Positions 1 through 13,985 of a DNA stretch of 64,000 nucleotides are shown piece by piece. A model generated the notes under the pieces. The model had not been told where the DNA came from. It did no database searches and saw only the letters and a list, made by a program, of their open reading frames with translations. The stretch is taken from the NCBI RefSeq assembly GCF_009914755.1, contig NC_060939.1. One strand, given 5' to 3'. This DNA comes from the human T2T-CHM13v2.0 reference genome, Homo sapiens. The translations under genes were made by a program, and so were the position numbers. Each line of letters opens with the position of its first letter. Positions within the stretch are counted from its first letter, which is position 1.

Positions 1-359
1 GTACCCGAGATACTGCTGCATTTTGCCCTGTCCTTCATTCTCACAGGTCATCAGGTAGTACTTTTGCTCATGCTTCATTCTAAGGTAAAGGCAGGTGAGG
101 AGCTGGGGTGAATTCATAGTAGGAAGGCCGGTCTGACTGTTTTAACAGAAGTCAATAATGCCTCCTGTAGGGCTGGGCTTCCTTGGGGTCTGAGGACGTG
201 AGAGGGCAGAGTTAATGGTCACCTGTGTGAGAGGTGCGGCTGCAAACCTGAGGGATGAGACTGTCTTGGGAGGCAGAGCAAGATGGCCTGTGAGTAGAAC
301 TCTTCTGAGACCACTGACGTTTCAGTTCCTTCACACCAAGCGTGAGTAATAAACATTTA

Positions 360-676
<317 letters not shown>

Positions 677-1186
677 ACAAACCCCTGTAACAATCTCATT
701 CCAGATTTAAATTTCACTATATATATTTTACAAAGCCCAGGCCAGCTGTGGAATTTCCAGTTCCTTCTGATCCATTTTAACACAATTCCTATAAGTTTAT
801 CTTTCACGCTTTTCTTTTTCAAGGTCTGACCCAGGAAATTTACATTTCTAGGATATTAAAAAAAAAAAAAAAAGACAACAACAACAACAAAAAACTGTTT
901 CAAGTCTTTTTGGATCTATTCTCTCCTTGTTCCTCAGAAAATTCCCGTGGGCTAGAAAGTTCACAGAGCGTGAATGACACAGGGTATCCGATGTCACATG
1001 GCTGACTCAGAACAGCAGTAGGACCCAGATTCCCTAATGTCCCAAATGTTCCCAGTTGCCCTAAATGTCCTGACTCTCAGGATCTAAATTTAACTGGACC
1101 ATGCTACCTTTCTCATCTCTCCCAATCCATCTCATCCAAGAAATTCCTGTTCAAAGGACCTTGTAAACACTGAGCAATGAACTATT

Positions 1187-1795
1187 TTGACATAATAAGA
1201 AATATATATTTGGTCTTCGTCTCCAGTTCCTTAAAGAGATCTTCTAAAACCGTTGGAATTTCTTGAGTGGCAGGAGGGATAGAAGAATCTTTTATTATTT
1301 GCAGCAATGAGCTTTCAACCATAACTGACTTTATGCTAATGAAGTGATTCTTGGTGGGCCCTAGATAGCCTCAATAAGGGGGCTGGTTGCCAGAGGAACC
1401 AACCATGTGATTAGAGGGTTGGAACTTTCAGTCCCATCCCCTGACTTCCTAGGAGGGGAGAGAGGCTGGAGATGGATTTTGATCAACTAGAAACTGCTCA
1501 TAGTAAATAAAACGCTTTCCTGAGTTCTGTGAGCCATTCTAGTAAATTATTGAACCTGAGGACAAGGTTGATGGGAATCCCCCCAACTTTATAGCTGGTC
1601 CATCAGAAGTACAGTTGAACAAGACTTGCCGGTGGCATCTGACGTGAGAGTTGTCTTAGTCTTGCAGGACTGAGCCTTTGATTTGTGGGAGCTGCACTCA
1701 CTTCAGGTAATTAGTGTCAGAATTGAATTGAATTGTAGGATACTCAGTTTGTGCCAGAGAGTTGAAGAATGTGTTGGTATGAGGAAGAAATTCAC
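1187..1795 (+). mobile_element. MER21C-like LTR (ERVL class)
   Basis: ataataagaaatatatatttggtct...ttatgctaatgaagtga...ctagatagcctc...catgtgattagagggttggaactttcag matches recalled MER21C consensus. Confidence 0.75.
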
Positions 1796-2269
1796 AAAAA
1801 AAAAAGACCAACCATCCACCAGTCTTCTTCTCTGTACTCTGCCTACAAACCCTTCAATAGCAATAGGTCAGAAACGTTTTCTTCAAACCCGTGTGATTAG
1901 AAATACAGCTTACCTGGGCAAATTTTCATCAATGTGGAAAAAGGAAGGATCTTCACACATCATCATACCCAGTCTCCAGCTCCAAAACCTTATAAGTCAA
2001 GATGCTTCAGCACCTCGTTATGGCTGATGGATGGGGCAGTGAGCACATGCTGCAGAGGACCATGTCCATTAGCAGAAAAGAATCCCTGTTCTTTAAAAAT
2101 CACGCACGTCCAAAAGGTTAAGCTCATCTCCATGCTCTCTTTGGGGAAAGAGGACGGGTTTCCACTCCTAATGTGCTGCCTGAATGGACCTTGTTGTTCT
2201 GCTCCTCTAGACTCAGGAGGATGAGAGGCAGCAGAACAGAATGTGTGAGTGTGGACCCTGAAGCCCATT

Positions 2270-2480
2270 AACACATGTTCAAAACTTGGTCTTGCACATA
2301 ATAGCTGTGTGATCTTGGAGAAAGTACCTTACTCTCTGTGCCTCAATTTCTTATCTGTAAAATGCAGATGGTAACCTGCTTTGTAGGTTATCATCTGCAT
2401 TTTAAAATAGGATTAAACGTATTGGCAATATAAGACACCCTGAACTGTGCCTGCCACATAATTAGTACTGCAGAAGCTTT
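2270..2480 (+). mobile_element. MIR SINE
   Basis: core tagctgtgtgatcttggagaaagt...ctctctgtgcctcaatttcttatctgtaaaatg. Confidence 0.8.
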
Positions 2481-3399
2481 TGCTACTTTGTAAAGCACAT
2501 AATTTGCCAGGTCTGGCTTATCAATGAATGTTGGGAAATCAGCCAGACTGTCAGGAAACTCCTTCTCAGCCTTGCATGCTTTCTGAAATCCATATCCTTG
2601 GTTGGGCTCACCTAGCTTTAGTTCTCCCCAGGGAAACAGAAATAACAGGGAGTAGAATCTGTGCTACCCAGTAACCTCTGCACCTGGTGAATGGCTGGCT
2701 TGCTCTACTCCTGATGCTTTGGTTCTCCTATAATTTATTGTGCAAATCCAGGCAATATTTGAGAGTCCAATAGTATTTAACTGAGTGGGACACTCTGTCA
2801 ACAGTATTCCTAAGTGTAAGTACTAAACTGAATGGGACTCTCTCCCAACAGTATTACTAAGTGCATGTCCTAGTTTGTCTAGGGCATTCCTAAGCTAGGA
2901 ATTGTCACCCTAATTACTGCTGATTTGATGTGTGACTATTTGACTTGCTGCAGCCCCAAGGTAATAATTATAATATTTAATTCAACAACACCTCACAGTC
3001 TATCAGGTGCTTATATATGCTGTTGACTTCTTTCATCATACCTATGAAATAGATTTTATTATTTCCTCATCTTACAGATGAGGCAATGGAGGTATATTGA
3101 TTTGCTAAAATTATACAAATAGTAAACAGACACACTCTTCCTATTTTACCGTATTATGGTTGCCTCTATTCCCAGAGACCTCCCAGTTCCTGAAAACTTT
3201 CAACAACTTTGGACAATCATTTGACTGAACTGTCTGCTCCATGTGTTTTCAAGATTCCCTCATCTTGTCTCTGACCAGCGATAGATCCAGATTTTATATT
3301 CATTCATTAAACTAATTTTAAAAGTTATTTAAATAGATGTGTTTGTTATTTATCTTTTTCTAGGCCATAATATAGGGAAAATGATTTTGGGAGGAGAAA

Positions 3400-3620
3400 G
3401 TTTTAATTTGGCTCTACCGACCATTAGCTGTGGGATCTGGCTTAAGGCTTTTACATTCGTTACACCACGGTTCTCATGCCTGTATATGCTCCTGCAATTG
3501 TGAGCATTTCCTTATCTGTAAAATGGGAATAATAGCATTTATCTAGTTGTAGGAATTAAAAGAGATGTTATAGGGACAGCACTTAGCAAATAGTAAGTGC
3601 TAAAAACAGCAATAAATGAT
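3400..3620 (+). mobile_element. MIR SINE
   Basis: tttccttatctgtaaaatgggaataatagca...agcacttagcaaatagtaagtgct. Confidence 0.75.
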
Positions 3621-3899
3621 GATTATTTTAATTACTACCCATAGACCCAGAAGAACCATTGATGAATTAATGCATGAACAAATAATCAGCAACCAAGAGG
3701 TCCTAAAAGAAAATGTTTCATACTCTTCTGTTTAAAAATGTATCCTACATTTGCATCAATATGCAAAGATATATATGCAGGGATGTTTATCTATTTGTAA
3801 CTATTTGTAAACACAGAAAACAAGATATCTTTGACTTTGGCTAATTGATGATGGTGTCTGTCATACTGAACTAGATGAACAGTATCCTTACTTTGTGTG

Positions 3900-4663
3900 A
3901 ATGGAAGCATTCTGTGTTTAGTGACCAGAAGCCTCATTGAATCACCACAATAGAGAGTTATGGACCTACCAAGCCCCAGACCTGAGCCAGAGGAAGAACC
4001 AGAGCCCTTGGAATGAAGTGGAGTTCGAGTCCCTTCAAGGAAGGATCTTGCTACACTGTCAAAAATGTACACTCCCTCCTAGATTCCTCTGGATGAAAGT
4101 CAGTGGGAAATAATGGCCACCACATGCAGGACTGCTAATGGCCCAGACACTTCAGAAATAAAGATTTAGGTTGCCCCACCAGCCAAGGAACGCCTCTAGG
4201 CAATATACTTGCAAAGGGTAAAGGAGTATGGAATGGGTAATAGAAGAAGGTAGTTATAAATACCACATATAATTATGTGACAAGTTGCAGAAATAAAGAC
4301 TGTAATAGTTATCAGCATTTCTTCCATATTTTGACCTAAATATCTTACATATATATCAGCCAATTCTGTCTTCCTCTTTCCCATTCCATAATGTAAGATG
4401 TGTTAATAGTTGTTAGACCTAAAGCTCAGTATGCAAATTGTGAGCTATCCAAAATGGAGTATGACTTAAAAACAAAAATCACATCAGCCCAATATGTGTA
4501 AAATGATGTTGTGTTCTCTTTTGTGGAGAGGGATAGTGTATTTTGATTGGATGGAGGATTGATGCATTATGTTTGTTGTAAATGAGATTTTGCTTTTGTC
4601 TTTATTCGGAAGTTAAGTATGGTTAAAAGAAGTGCATATGGAAGCCATGTGACCTGGGTGGGT
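3900..4663 (+). mobile_element. ERVL internal remnant (gag/pro junction joined to integrase 3' end; large internal deletion)
   Basis: ccagacctgagccag...gtcccttcaaggaaggatcttgctacact and taatggcccagacacttcag...gaatgggtaatagaagaaggtagttataaatacca resemble HERVL/ERVL-E internal sequence; abuts an MLT2 LTR. Confidence 0.7.
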
Positions 4664-5240
4664 TGCTATGGCTTTGTATTTTGTCAACTTTGCTAAGCTG
4701 GAACTGTGTTTCCCAGAATTCCCTTTCCCATACGACTCTTGACTGGGTTTGGCCACAAAAGATATTTGTATAAGACTTGGGAAATGGGAGTTAAACACCA
4801 GCCTTTTCCTGCTCTGAAGGTGGCTGTGGGCACTTTGAGAGGGGATGCACATTGTTGCTGAGCTGCTGGCTTGCCTGTGAGGGTGAGGCAGCACCATCTC
4901 CCATCAGATCCTCTTCATCTTCCTGGGCCAGGTGTAAGTGCAGTCCCATGGCAGAAGGTGTCAGCTTTTGCAGGTCTCCTGCATCATCATGCTAAGAGTA
5001 ATTGAGAGACAGTCATAGATTCCAATCTGCTATGGTCTCTCTAACTTCAAGTTTGGTTTTCTTTTCCAACAGTTTACACATCTGATGTAGAGTGGCTTCA
5101 GCCCAACATCAGGTTCAACAGCCTTGCAGGCACTTCTTCACCATATCCCACAATTGTGAAAAGTCTGTTCCTATTAATGATCCTTTATTCTATACCACTG
5201 ATAATGATTCTGCTTCTCTGATTAAATGCTCCCTAATACA
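4664..5240 (+). mobile_element. MLT2 (MLT2F-like) 3' LTR of the ERVL remnant
   Basis: TG start, tgtcaactttgctaagctggaact..tttcccagaattccct, ends gattctgcttctctg...taataCA. Confidence 0.7.
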
Positions 5241-8200
5241 CTATGATTTCATTTTTTATTTAAAATCATATTCTAGTTCATAGCATGATGGAACAAATTA
5301 TGCTTTTCACAAGCTTTGGAGCTGGAAAAGACTTGAGATAATACCCAGTTGAATGGGTTTCAAACTCTCCTTCACTGTCTTCTAGGTTTTCCTGAGATTC
5401 TTCTGGGCTCAGAGGTGGGACTGGGGGTCACAGCAGGTAAGACTCCTCCACTCCGTTCAACCAGAGAAACCTCATGTTTACCTGTTTCATTTTGTGTTTC
5501 CGTTTAGCTTTCTTTTGCTGTAAAAGAGGAACCTTGTCTAACCCCCTTATTTCAGTTAAGGGACTTCAGGGACAAAGAGTCCCAAAGTTAACAGCTAACT
5601 GCTGAGTGAGCCGCAGTGAGATCTCAGGACTCCAGGTTTCCATCCAAGGATTCAGCCCATTCACCCACTGCACTAAAAGGCAATTGTGTTTGTTCTGCCA
5701 AGAGAACTCAGATTACAGCCCAAGGCCAGTGGGATGTGGGTAGATGGGCTTCAGAGCCAACCCTAAAGGGGCTTCCTAGGATGCTGCTCATTTTCTCCGA
5801 GATATGCAAGGGACACTTAAAACCCTTATTATTAGTCCTTCCAGGTCTCTGTAGCAGGACCTGAATGAAAAAGAAATAGAGCAACATTCAGGAGTTATTT
5901 ATTTCCCTATTTAACTGAGGTAGTTTATTTTCTTTCTTAAAGAAGAGGCATCTTGTTCCCTTTAAATCCACTTAGACAAAAACTAGATGTTGTTGACAGA
6001 AGGCCTGTGATACGCATCTCAGGTTTTATATGGGGATTTTCATTTTGTCACATCCAGTTTAAGCCACCAGCCTAATTTAATTACAATTAATGAATCACCA
6101 TTTACCCTGAGGCAAAACCAGGTTTTCTTGCTGAAGAGGTGTTCAGTGCATAGCATTCAAATTCATGACCTAGACCTCAAATTAACGGGCTGTCCATTAA
6201 GAATGGATGAGTGGCTTTGAAGACTGCATTTATCGGTTGTCGACAGTGGTCTCTTGCAGTCCCCAGTGGTCCCTTTGGAAGAGACTATCAGAACAGGAAG
6301 ATGCTGCAAGGGGAATGTCCAGGGCTACCTAGTGCCAAGTGGGGTTTCAGTAAAGAACAGCTTTGTCCTTGTGGGGATGGATTGTATGAAGTGATATTTA
6401 GTTTTGCCTGCCCTGGTTATGAGAAGAGGCTCTGTCTCAGCTGCAAGATTTTCTGTACCCAGAAAGAAATCAGCCTGCTGAGAAATTGGATCCTTCCCAC
6501 AGTAGGGGAAACTTCCATCCTGTATGCAACCTCTAGGGTCTTATTGTTGGGAAAAAGCTAATGGGATATAAGAGACAGAGTGCATTGGATGACAAGGTCA
6601 CCTTTTGTGATCAATGGAACTCTGGGAAACTGAAACTCTGGGCACAAAGACTTCCCTGACTTTTAAATTAAAACAAAAGGGTTTTAATGTATTCAGTAAG
6701 AATTTGATGAGCACCTACTTTGTGCCCAAATCTTGAGATATTTAGATAGCAATGCCAAGGAGTGTAGTATTAAGTGTAACTATGAGGGGTGCAGACACCC
6801 TTGGCCTGGGCTGGGAAGAAGGTTCATCTTGTTGAGTTCTTCATCATGCCATGTTTACCAGAGTTGATTATTCAGCTGGTATCATTGACTGGCTTCTTGG
6901 CCCTTTCTTCCTTCCATTGCTCCATTGGTCAAAGAGGTGCCATTCCATGATAGAAAAGGGACACTCCTAAGTAGAGGTTATGGGAGTTGTGCTTCCCTGC
7001 TGGAACTCCAATTGTGCAGGACTTAGGTTTTTAAGACACCTGCTTGGCACATCAGGGAAGTCTCTCAAGTGATGTAAGCTTGACCTCAAAAGGCGAGAAG
7101 GCCTGAGGGCAGGGAGGCATTCCTGGTACTGACTTCAGGAAGTACAAAGGCTGCAGCAGCAGGGCCCACAGAGAAGCAGGACACTGCTTTGCTTGGAGAG
7201 ATAGGATCCTGTTGGCAGTGAGCAGGAATAATTGCTTGGCAAGCCTTCCCATTTGCAGTGTTCATCAAGTGTATGTGCGGCTGTGGTTGCTTTTAGTGCA
7301 GCACTGCTCTTCCACTGTCAGTCCTAAACTTGGTTGCCACATGTTTTGCCCTTTCCTCTCTGCTCAGTGTGGTGATGACTCCCCACAACTGTGTGCCCTT
7401 AAGTCTCCGCTCATAGAGTCCACATTGGCCTTCCCCAGGCTGATTCCCTGAGCTCTCATCATTCCTGATCCCTGGCCCGTCCTCACTTCTCCCAAGAAGT
7501 TTCAAATTAGGTTGCAACATATTTATATTCTCTTCCAATATCTACCTCTGTTTCTCTCCTGCAATCAAATCCTGATTTGAACAATTTCCCTCTTCGGGGT
7601 GGCAAATTACCCTACTGCCTCTCTTTCAAATTATTTGTAGAAGTCCAAACTGGTGCTTGGTGCTCAAAAGTGGGAGTGATGAGCTGTATAGCTAGGGAGA
7701 AATGCACTAACACTGTGAAATAAAATTCATGAAGATTTAGCTCAACCTCCTTGCAGAAACCCTCTTTTATTACCTCCAACCAGTCCCTCTTCTAACAGCC
7801 CATGGCATACATTATGAGCTAAGTCTGAATGTCATATTTTAACATTTGATACATAACTCTTTCATTTAACAGGACAGAACAGGGCTTGCAGGATTATATG
7901 GAAGTTAATAACCTGGTTCTTGCCCTCAAAGAGCTTATGATCTTATTTGGGAGATGTCATCATCATCATCAGTGTCATCATCAATGCCACCACCACCACC
8001 CCAAACACACACTCAATTATATAGCAAGACGATGCAAAAGTTGCTGCAGGACAAGATACCATAAATGCCAAATGAGTGCTCTCAGCTCTAAGTGTGGGAT
8101 GAGCGGAGTGAGAGTCTGCAGGCTGGGTGGTCAGGACACACTTTACAGCAGTGATTGAAGCTTGTCCTAAGAGGAGAGTAAGAATTAGATAAGATTCAAG

Positions 8201-10759
8201 TTTGCCATGATGCTACAACATCACATTCTCTACTTATCGAATGTGTGTCAAGGTCATCTCCTCAGCTAGACTTCAACTTTTTGAACACGGAAACCCTGTC
8301 TCAAGTTCTTTTTGAATCAACGTCTTCTTGGGGTGTATGCCCTCTGGCATGCACTGAATTGATTCAAATTGAATTGAATTAAGTCACACCCTGAGGCATT
8401 TGTGCTGGGCTTGTCCACATAGGAGAGAATTTGAGGTCTGAGGTCAGCTCAAGTAAAATGCCATCTTTGGGCAGCAAAAGACACCCAGCCTCTCACAGGA
8501 AATGCAAACTTTCCTTTCTCTGAGCAGCTGCAGCATGGTCAGAAATTGTCCCTTCTAGCCCACACCTATCTAGTAAGACCAAAAGGGTCTGTGCTAATTA
8601 TTCTTACAATAAGTATTATCTGATTATCACTTTCCCAGAGATAGAATTGCCATGAAGCTTAAAGTGGATGGACTCTCACTTGTCTGGACAGCTTCTAAGA
8701 CCTTCTACCTAATAATTTTAAGTTCCTCTTTTTAAAATAGGGCCCTTCTATTTGTATTGGCTTCATTCCCCCCGCCCCCAAATTTGGATCTTTTCCTAAA
8801 TGCTTTTTTCATGGAAGCTTCATAATAGTATTATGAGGTAAATTCTACATAATTTAGACTTTATCAAGAGTCCTAGAGAGGTTAACTGACTTGCTCAAGG
8901 TCACATAGCAAGTTAATAAAGATACAACTTCTATAAATGAATTTCAAAGCAGAGATGAGATATTCTTATAAATTATCCAAGATTATACATTGGAGCCTTT
9001 TCATTTCTTCTCCAGACAGTGAATATGAGAACACACCACTGAGTAATATCATGTCCTTTCAAAGCTACCTTCTACCTGTAAGGTGAGAAGCCTGGGGTTG
9101 CTGTCCTAAGTTAGCAGGGCTGGAGGCAGAGCAGACACCAAATGGAATCATGTGGCTATTTTGCTGATGCTTAAAATCTACTGCATTCTCCAAATCAAAC
9201 TGTGGCATCAAAGCGTTGGAGAAACTGACTTAATTCAAAAACATGTCTAGGGCATCTAAACTTATTGTCTCTGAGTTTCACTTGTTTTTTGTCTTTTTTG
9301 TTCCTGGGAAGTCAATTATGTCTCATGGGTTGGGACTTTGAAGAGGAAAGTGGTGTGTCAGCGTGCAGTCATTTGTGAATACTTACTCGCCCACTCATCA
9401 AACACTTAGTGAGCATCTCCTTTGGGATATGCCCTGTGGATTCTGCATCCTGTCCCCCATGGGGACTTTGCTAGGGGCTGCCACACAGAGTCTCTTTAGG
9501 CAATTATATCTGTTTCTGCAAATCTTTAGGCCATCAGAGGGTCAGGAACAGGGGTGGAGGGACTCCTTGAGAAGGCCGTGTGGTCAAGGCCTTTAAATGT
9601 AGATTTCTAACTTTATCTTAAAATAAGATTTTAGAGATATCGTAATATTGAGATTGAGCAAAGACATTTACAATCTATCTTGAAACATGTGTCCCGTTAC
9701 CAGACCACGCAACCTATAGTGCAGTATGCATTAATCAACTTTTAAAAATAAATCTATTATTTTGTAAATAGCACCTTTACATATCATTGTAATCTTAGGG
9801 TGACAAAAGAGTTAATTTGTGAAAGGTAAATAATTGCAGTTTATCGTGACTTATAACCCTATTCTGACATGTCATCGTTGTGAAATGTCCTAAGAGCACA
9901 GGCCTCTATAGATCTCAAAGAAGTCCTGCCCTTAGAGTCTATTCATCAGAAATCCCTGCCTATCCCTCCAGTTTCCTTCCATATCACACTGTCTTTGGCT
10001 CACCCCATCCTCACTCTGGTCTCTGCGAAGTTCCTCTAATACAACACATTCTTTCTGGTCCCTGAGCTATTGCTGCTACTTCTGCCACCTGGGAGGCTTC
10101 TGTGGGGCTGGCTCTGTCTCAGCCTTCACATCGTGACTCACCTGTCACCTCCTTAGGGGCTTTTCCTTCACTTGTTGCCATGTCAGCTATTTTCCTACTT
10201 TGATCACTGTGATATTTAAAGAATTAATTGCATGAAACTCATTTATGGGGTTAGAATCCATCTTGGTTCAGGAAGACCTAGCTAAACTTGGGCTAACCCC
10301 TAATTGCTCCCTTCCTCTTCTTGTGCCCTTTGCCTTTCTGTTCCCAGGCTGGGGTGTGCAGTCAAGATTCCGCATTCTGTCCCCCAGTATCTCATAACCT
10401 AGATGTAAAGATGTAAGCTGCTTCTTCTCTGGTTTCCATCAAAAGAAAATCCGTTTGCCCTCAGATAGTTCCTACGTCTAGAACCTCATTAAAGATCTGA
10501 GCATCTCATGGAAGACAGAAGATGTCTAATGGCTCCCTGGTGCCACCCTATCATCTCTCTTCCTCCATTCCTGCCACTTGAGTTTACAGTTAATGTCTTC
10601 CCTTTTGTGGGGGCAGACGAGATGGCAAATGGTCCTGCCAACATTCAGGTTCATTTAGTTTATACAATATACCTCTGGCAGGCAGGCATGCTATTAACTT
10701 CCTCTTGAAAAAACACAGCACTGTCTCTAAAGGGTTTGTGATATGCAATCATCTCCACC

Positions 10760-10915
10760 TATTTCATGGTTAGCTAATGCCTGTCTCCCCCACTTGCAGG
10801 TAAGCTCCCGGAGAGTAGGCAGTGTGACAGTCTTGTTTACCACTAAACCTCTAGTTCTTGTCAGACATAAAGCATGAGCACTCATTAAAATATTTGTTGA
10901 ATGAGTGAATGGATG
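10760..10915 (+). mobile_element. L2 3' end
   Basis: gtctcccccact..gtaagctcc..gagagtagg..aaatatttgttgaatgagtgaatg. Confidence 0.7.
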
Positions 10916-10984
10916 AAATTGTAATCCCTAAGGGTGAAAAACACGTAACATGAAAGACCATGCAACCAGCTGTTATGTTAGATG

Positions 10985-11380
10985 CTTTACACCTAGCACT
11001 TTATTTCTTAATGGCTTGGACAAATAACTCTATTGTTATCTCCATTTTACAGAAGAGAAAATTGAGGCCTAGTGATTTTTTTCTATAAATATTACATTAT
11101 TTGTCTGTGCTAGAGCCAGCATTCAAACCCATGACTGTTTGACCTCATAGCTTGAGCCTCAACCACTTTGCTCTTTTGCTTCACTGTATTCTGGCATAGA
11201 AAACAACAACAACAGTAGTAATAATAATGACTATTCTTACTGAATACTATGCTCTTATTGCTGTGCTAACCACCTATAAAAATTGTCTTGTTTATTTCTA
11301 CCGAAAACCTGTGAAACAAGTACTACTGTCGTCTCTATCTTACATATGGGGAAACTGTAGCTTAGAGGGAATCAACTAAC
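10985..11380 (-). mobile_element. two MIR fragments
   Basis: tattgttatctccattttacagaagagaaaattgaggc and tctatcttacatatggggaaactgtagcttagag (reverse MIR core). Confidence 0.65.
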
Positions 11381-12353
11381 CACTCATGAGCTGTTTGGAT
11401 AATGTTGAATATAAACCAAAAGGTGGTCACACAAAATCCATATAACTTAATTTTCGTTTGCCATATTTAAATTATAATGAACACAAATCTTTCTAATAAT
11501 ATTAAGGGAAGCAATTTCACACCAGAAATTCCCTCAGAGGCTGGTGTCTCACAAATGAGAGCCCTTCTGTTTCTGGAGGCTTTCATGTTATTTCCAACAA
11601 TTATTTTTCATTTCCCTCTGCTGAGCAAGCCAATAATTGGTGACTTCTCATCTGGTCACTTCCCTGGATGACAAATCACATTACTCTGAATTCCCCCATT
11701 GCTTTCTAACTCTCTCCAAGGCTGGTGGTCGAAAGCAACAAATGAAACTTTGATCACCTGTGTTCACAACATGGAAACTGGGCTTCCAAAGGCCCCTGGT
11801 TGCCTGGTGACAAGGCCCCATGGCCTCTGAAGTCCTGCGCTGCCTGGAGCTGCTGCAGTGACTCAGATCAGGCAGGGACCGACCTTGAAGGTTTGGGGCT
11901 GTATTAGTTTTCTGTGGTGCTCAAAACAAATTGCCACAGACTTAGTAGCTTAAAGCAATAGAAGTTTGTTCTTTATACCTGGTGCATGGTCATTCATGTT
12001 GTGTGTTATTCACCTTTGGAGATTAAATTTCATTCATTCATTCAACAAATATTTGAATGAATGCTTATGTTTTATGTCAGTTCTGGAGGATAGAAGTCCA
12101 AAATCAAGGTGTTAGGAGGACTGTGCTCCCTCCGGAGGCTCTAGGGGAGAACCTGCCTTGCCTCTTTTGACTTTTGGCAGCTCCATGTCTTCCTTGGTTT
12201 GTGACTGCATAACTCCAATCTCTGCCACTGTCTTCACGTGGCCTTCTCTTCCACCTTTTACAAGGACATTGGTTATTGGATTTAGAGCCCACCCGGTTAG
12301 TCCGGGATGATCTCATCTTGATATTCTTAATTATATTTACAAAGACTCTTTTT

Positions 12354-12672
12354 CTTTTCTTTTTTGGTGTTTTTTGTTTGTTTGTTTGTTTTTTGTTGTT
12401 GTTGATGGAGTCTCACTTTGTCGCCCAGTCTGAGTGCAGTGGCACTATCTCGGCTCACTGCAACCTCCGCCTCCCGGGTTCAAGCAATTCCTTGCCTCAG
12501 CCTCCCAAGTAGCTGGGATTACAGGTGCCTGACACTACACCCAGCTAATTTTTGTATTTTTAGTAGACATGGGGTTTCACCATCTTGGCCAGGCTTGTCT
12601 TGAACCTCGTGATCCACCTGCCTCGGCCTCCCAAAGTGCTGGGATCACAGACGTGAGCCACCGCGCCCGGCC
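12354..12672 (-). mobile_element. Alu SINE (AluS-like) with T/TTG-rich tail on + strand
   Basis: reverse-complement Alu ending gtgagccaccgcgcccggcc; small deletion near gaacctcgtgatcc. Confidence 0.95.
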
Positions 12673-12691
12673 TTCTTTTTTTCTTTCTTTC

Positions 12692-12776
<85 letters not shown>

Positions 12777-12830
12777 TTTCTTCTTTCCTTCTCTCTCTCT
12801 TTCTTTCTTTCTTTCTTTTTTTTTTTTTTT
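12673..12830. repeat. (TTTC)n microsatellite plus poly(T), derived from the tail of the next Alu
   Basis: direct reading; explains the K/E/R-rich and F/L/S-rich pseudo-ORFs. Confidence 0.95.
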
Positions 12831-13434
<604 letters not shown>

Positions 13435-13616
13435 CAAAGACTGTTTTTTTGAATAAGAATACATTCACAGGTACTGGAGTCAGGACTTGGACATATCTTT
13501 TTGGGGACCACCATTTGGCCCACCACAGTGTGCACTCAAAGTTCTCTCTGCTAACTCCAGCTTTTAGCATAGGGATGGCAGGAGGCTAAGGGATATTATT
13601 AAAGGTGCACAGATGC

Positions 13617-13985
13617 TGCTACAGTCTAAATGCTTGTGTTCTCCCAGAATCTATATGTTAAAACCTCATGCTGAAGGTGATGGTATTTGGTGGTGGGGAG
13701 TTTGGGAGGTGATTAGGCATGAGGGCAGGACATTCATGATTGGGATTAGAGCCTTTATAAAAAGAGATTCCAGGAAGTTATTATAGCTCTCCCTTTCCAC
13801 CATGTGAAGACACAGTAAGAAGGTGCCCTCTATGAAACAGGAAATGGGGCCTCACCAGACACTGAATCTGCAGGTGCCTTGATCTTGGACTTCCCAGTCT
13901 CCAGAACTGAGAAAAATAAATTTCTGTCACTTATCAGTTGCCTAGTTTATGACATTTTGGTATAGCAGTTAAATGGACTAAGACA
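13617..13985 (+). mobile_element. MLT1A/MLT1A0 solo LTR
   Basis: TG...CA ends, ccttgatcttggacttcccagtctccagaactg, aataaa; 5-bp TSD gatgc/gatac. Confidence 0.85.

Noticed and set aside
7886-8158. His-rich ORF
   Set aside because: Caused by a short (CAT/CAC)n simple repeat; no splice or homology support.
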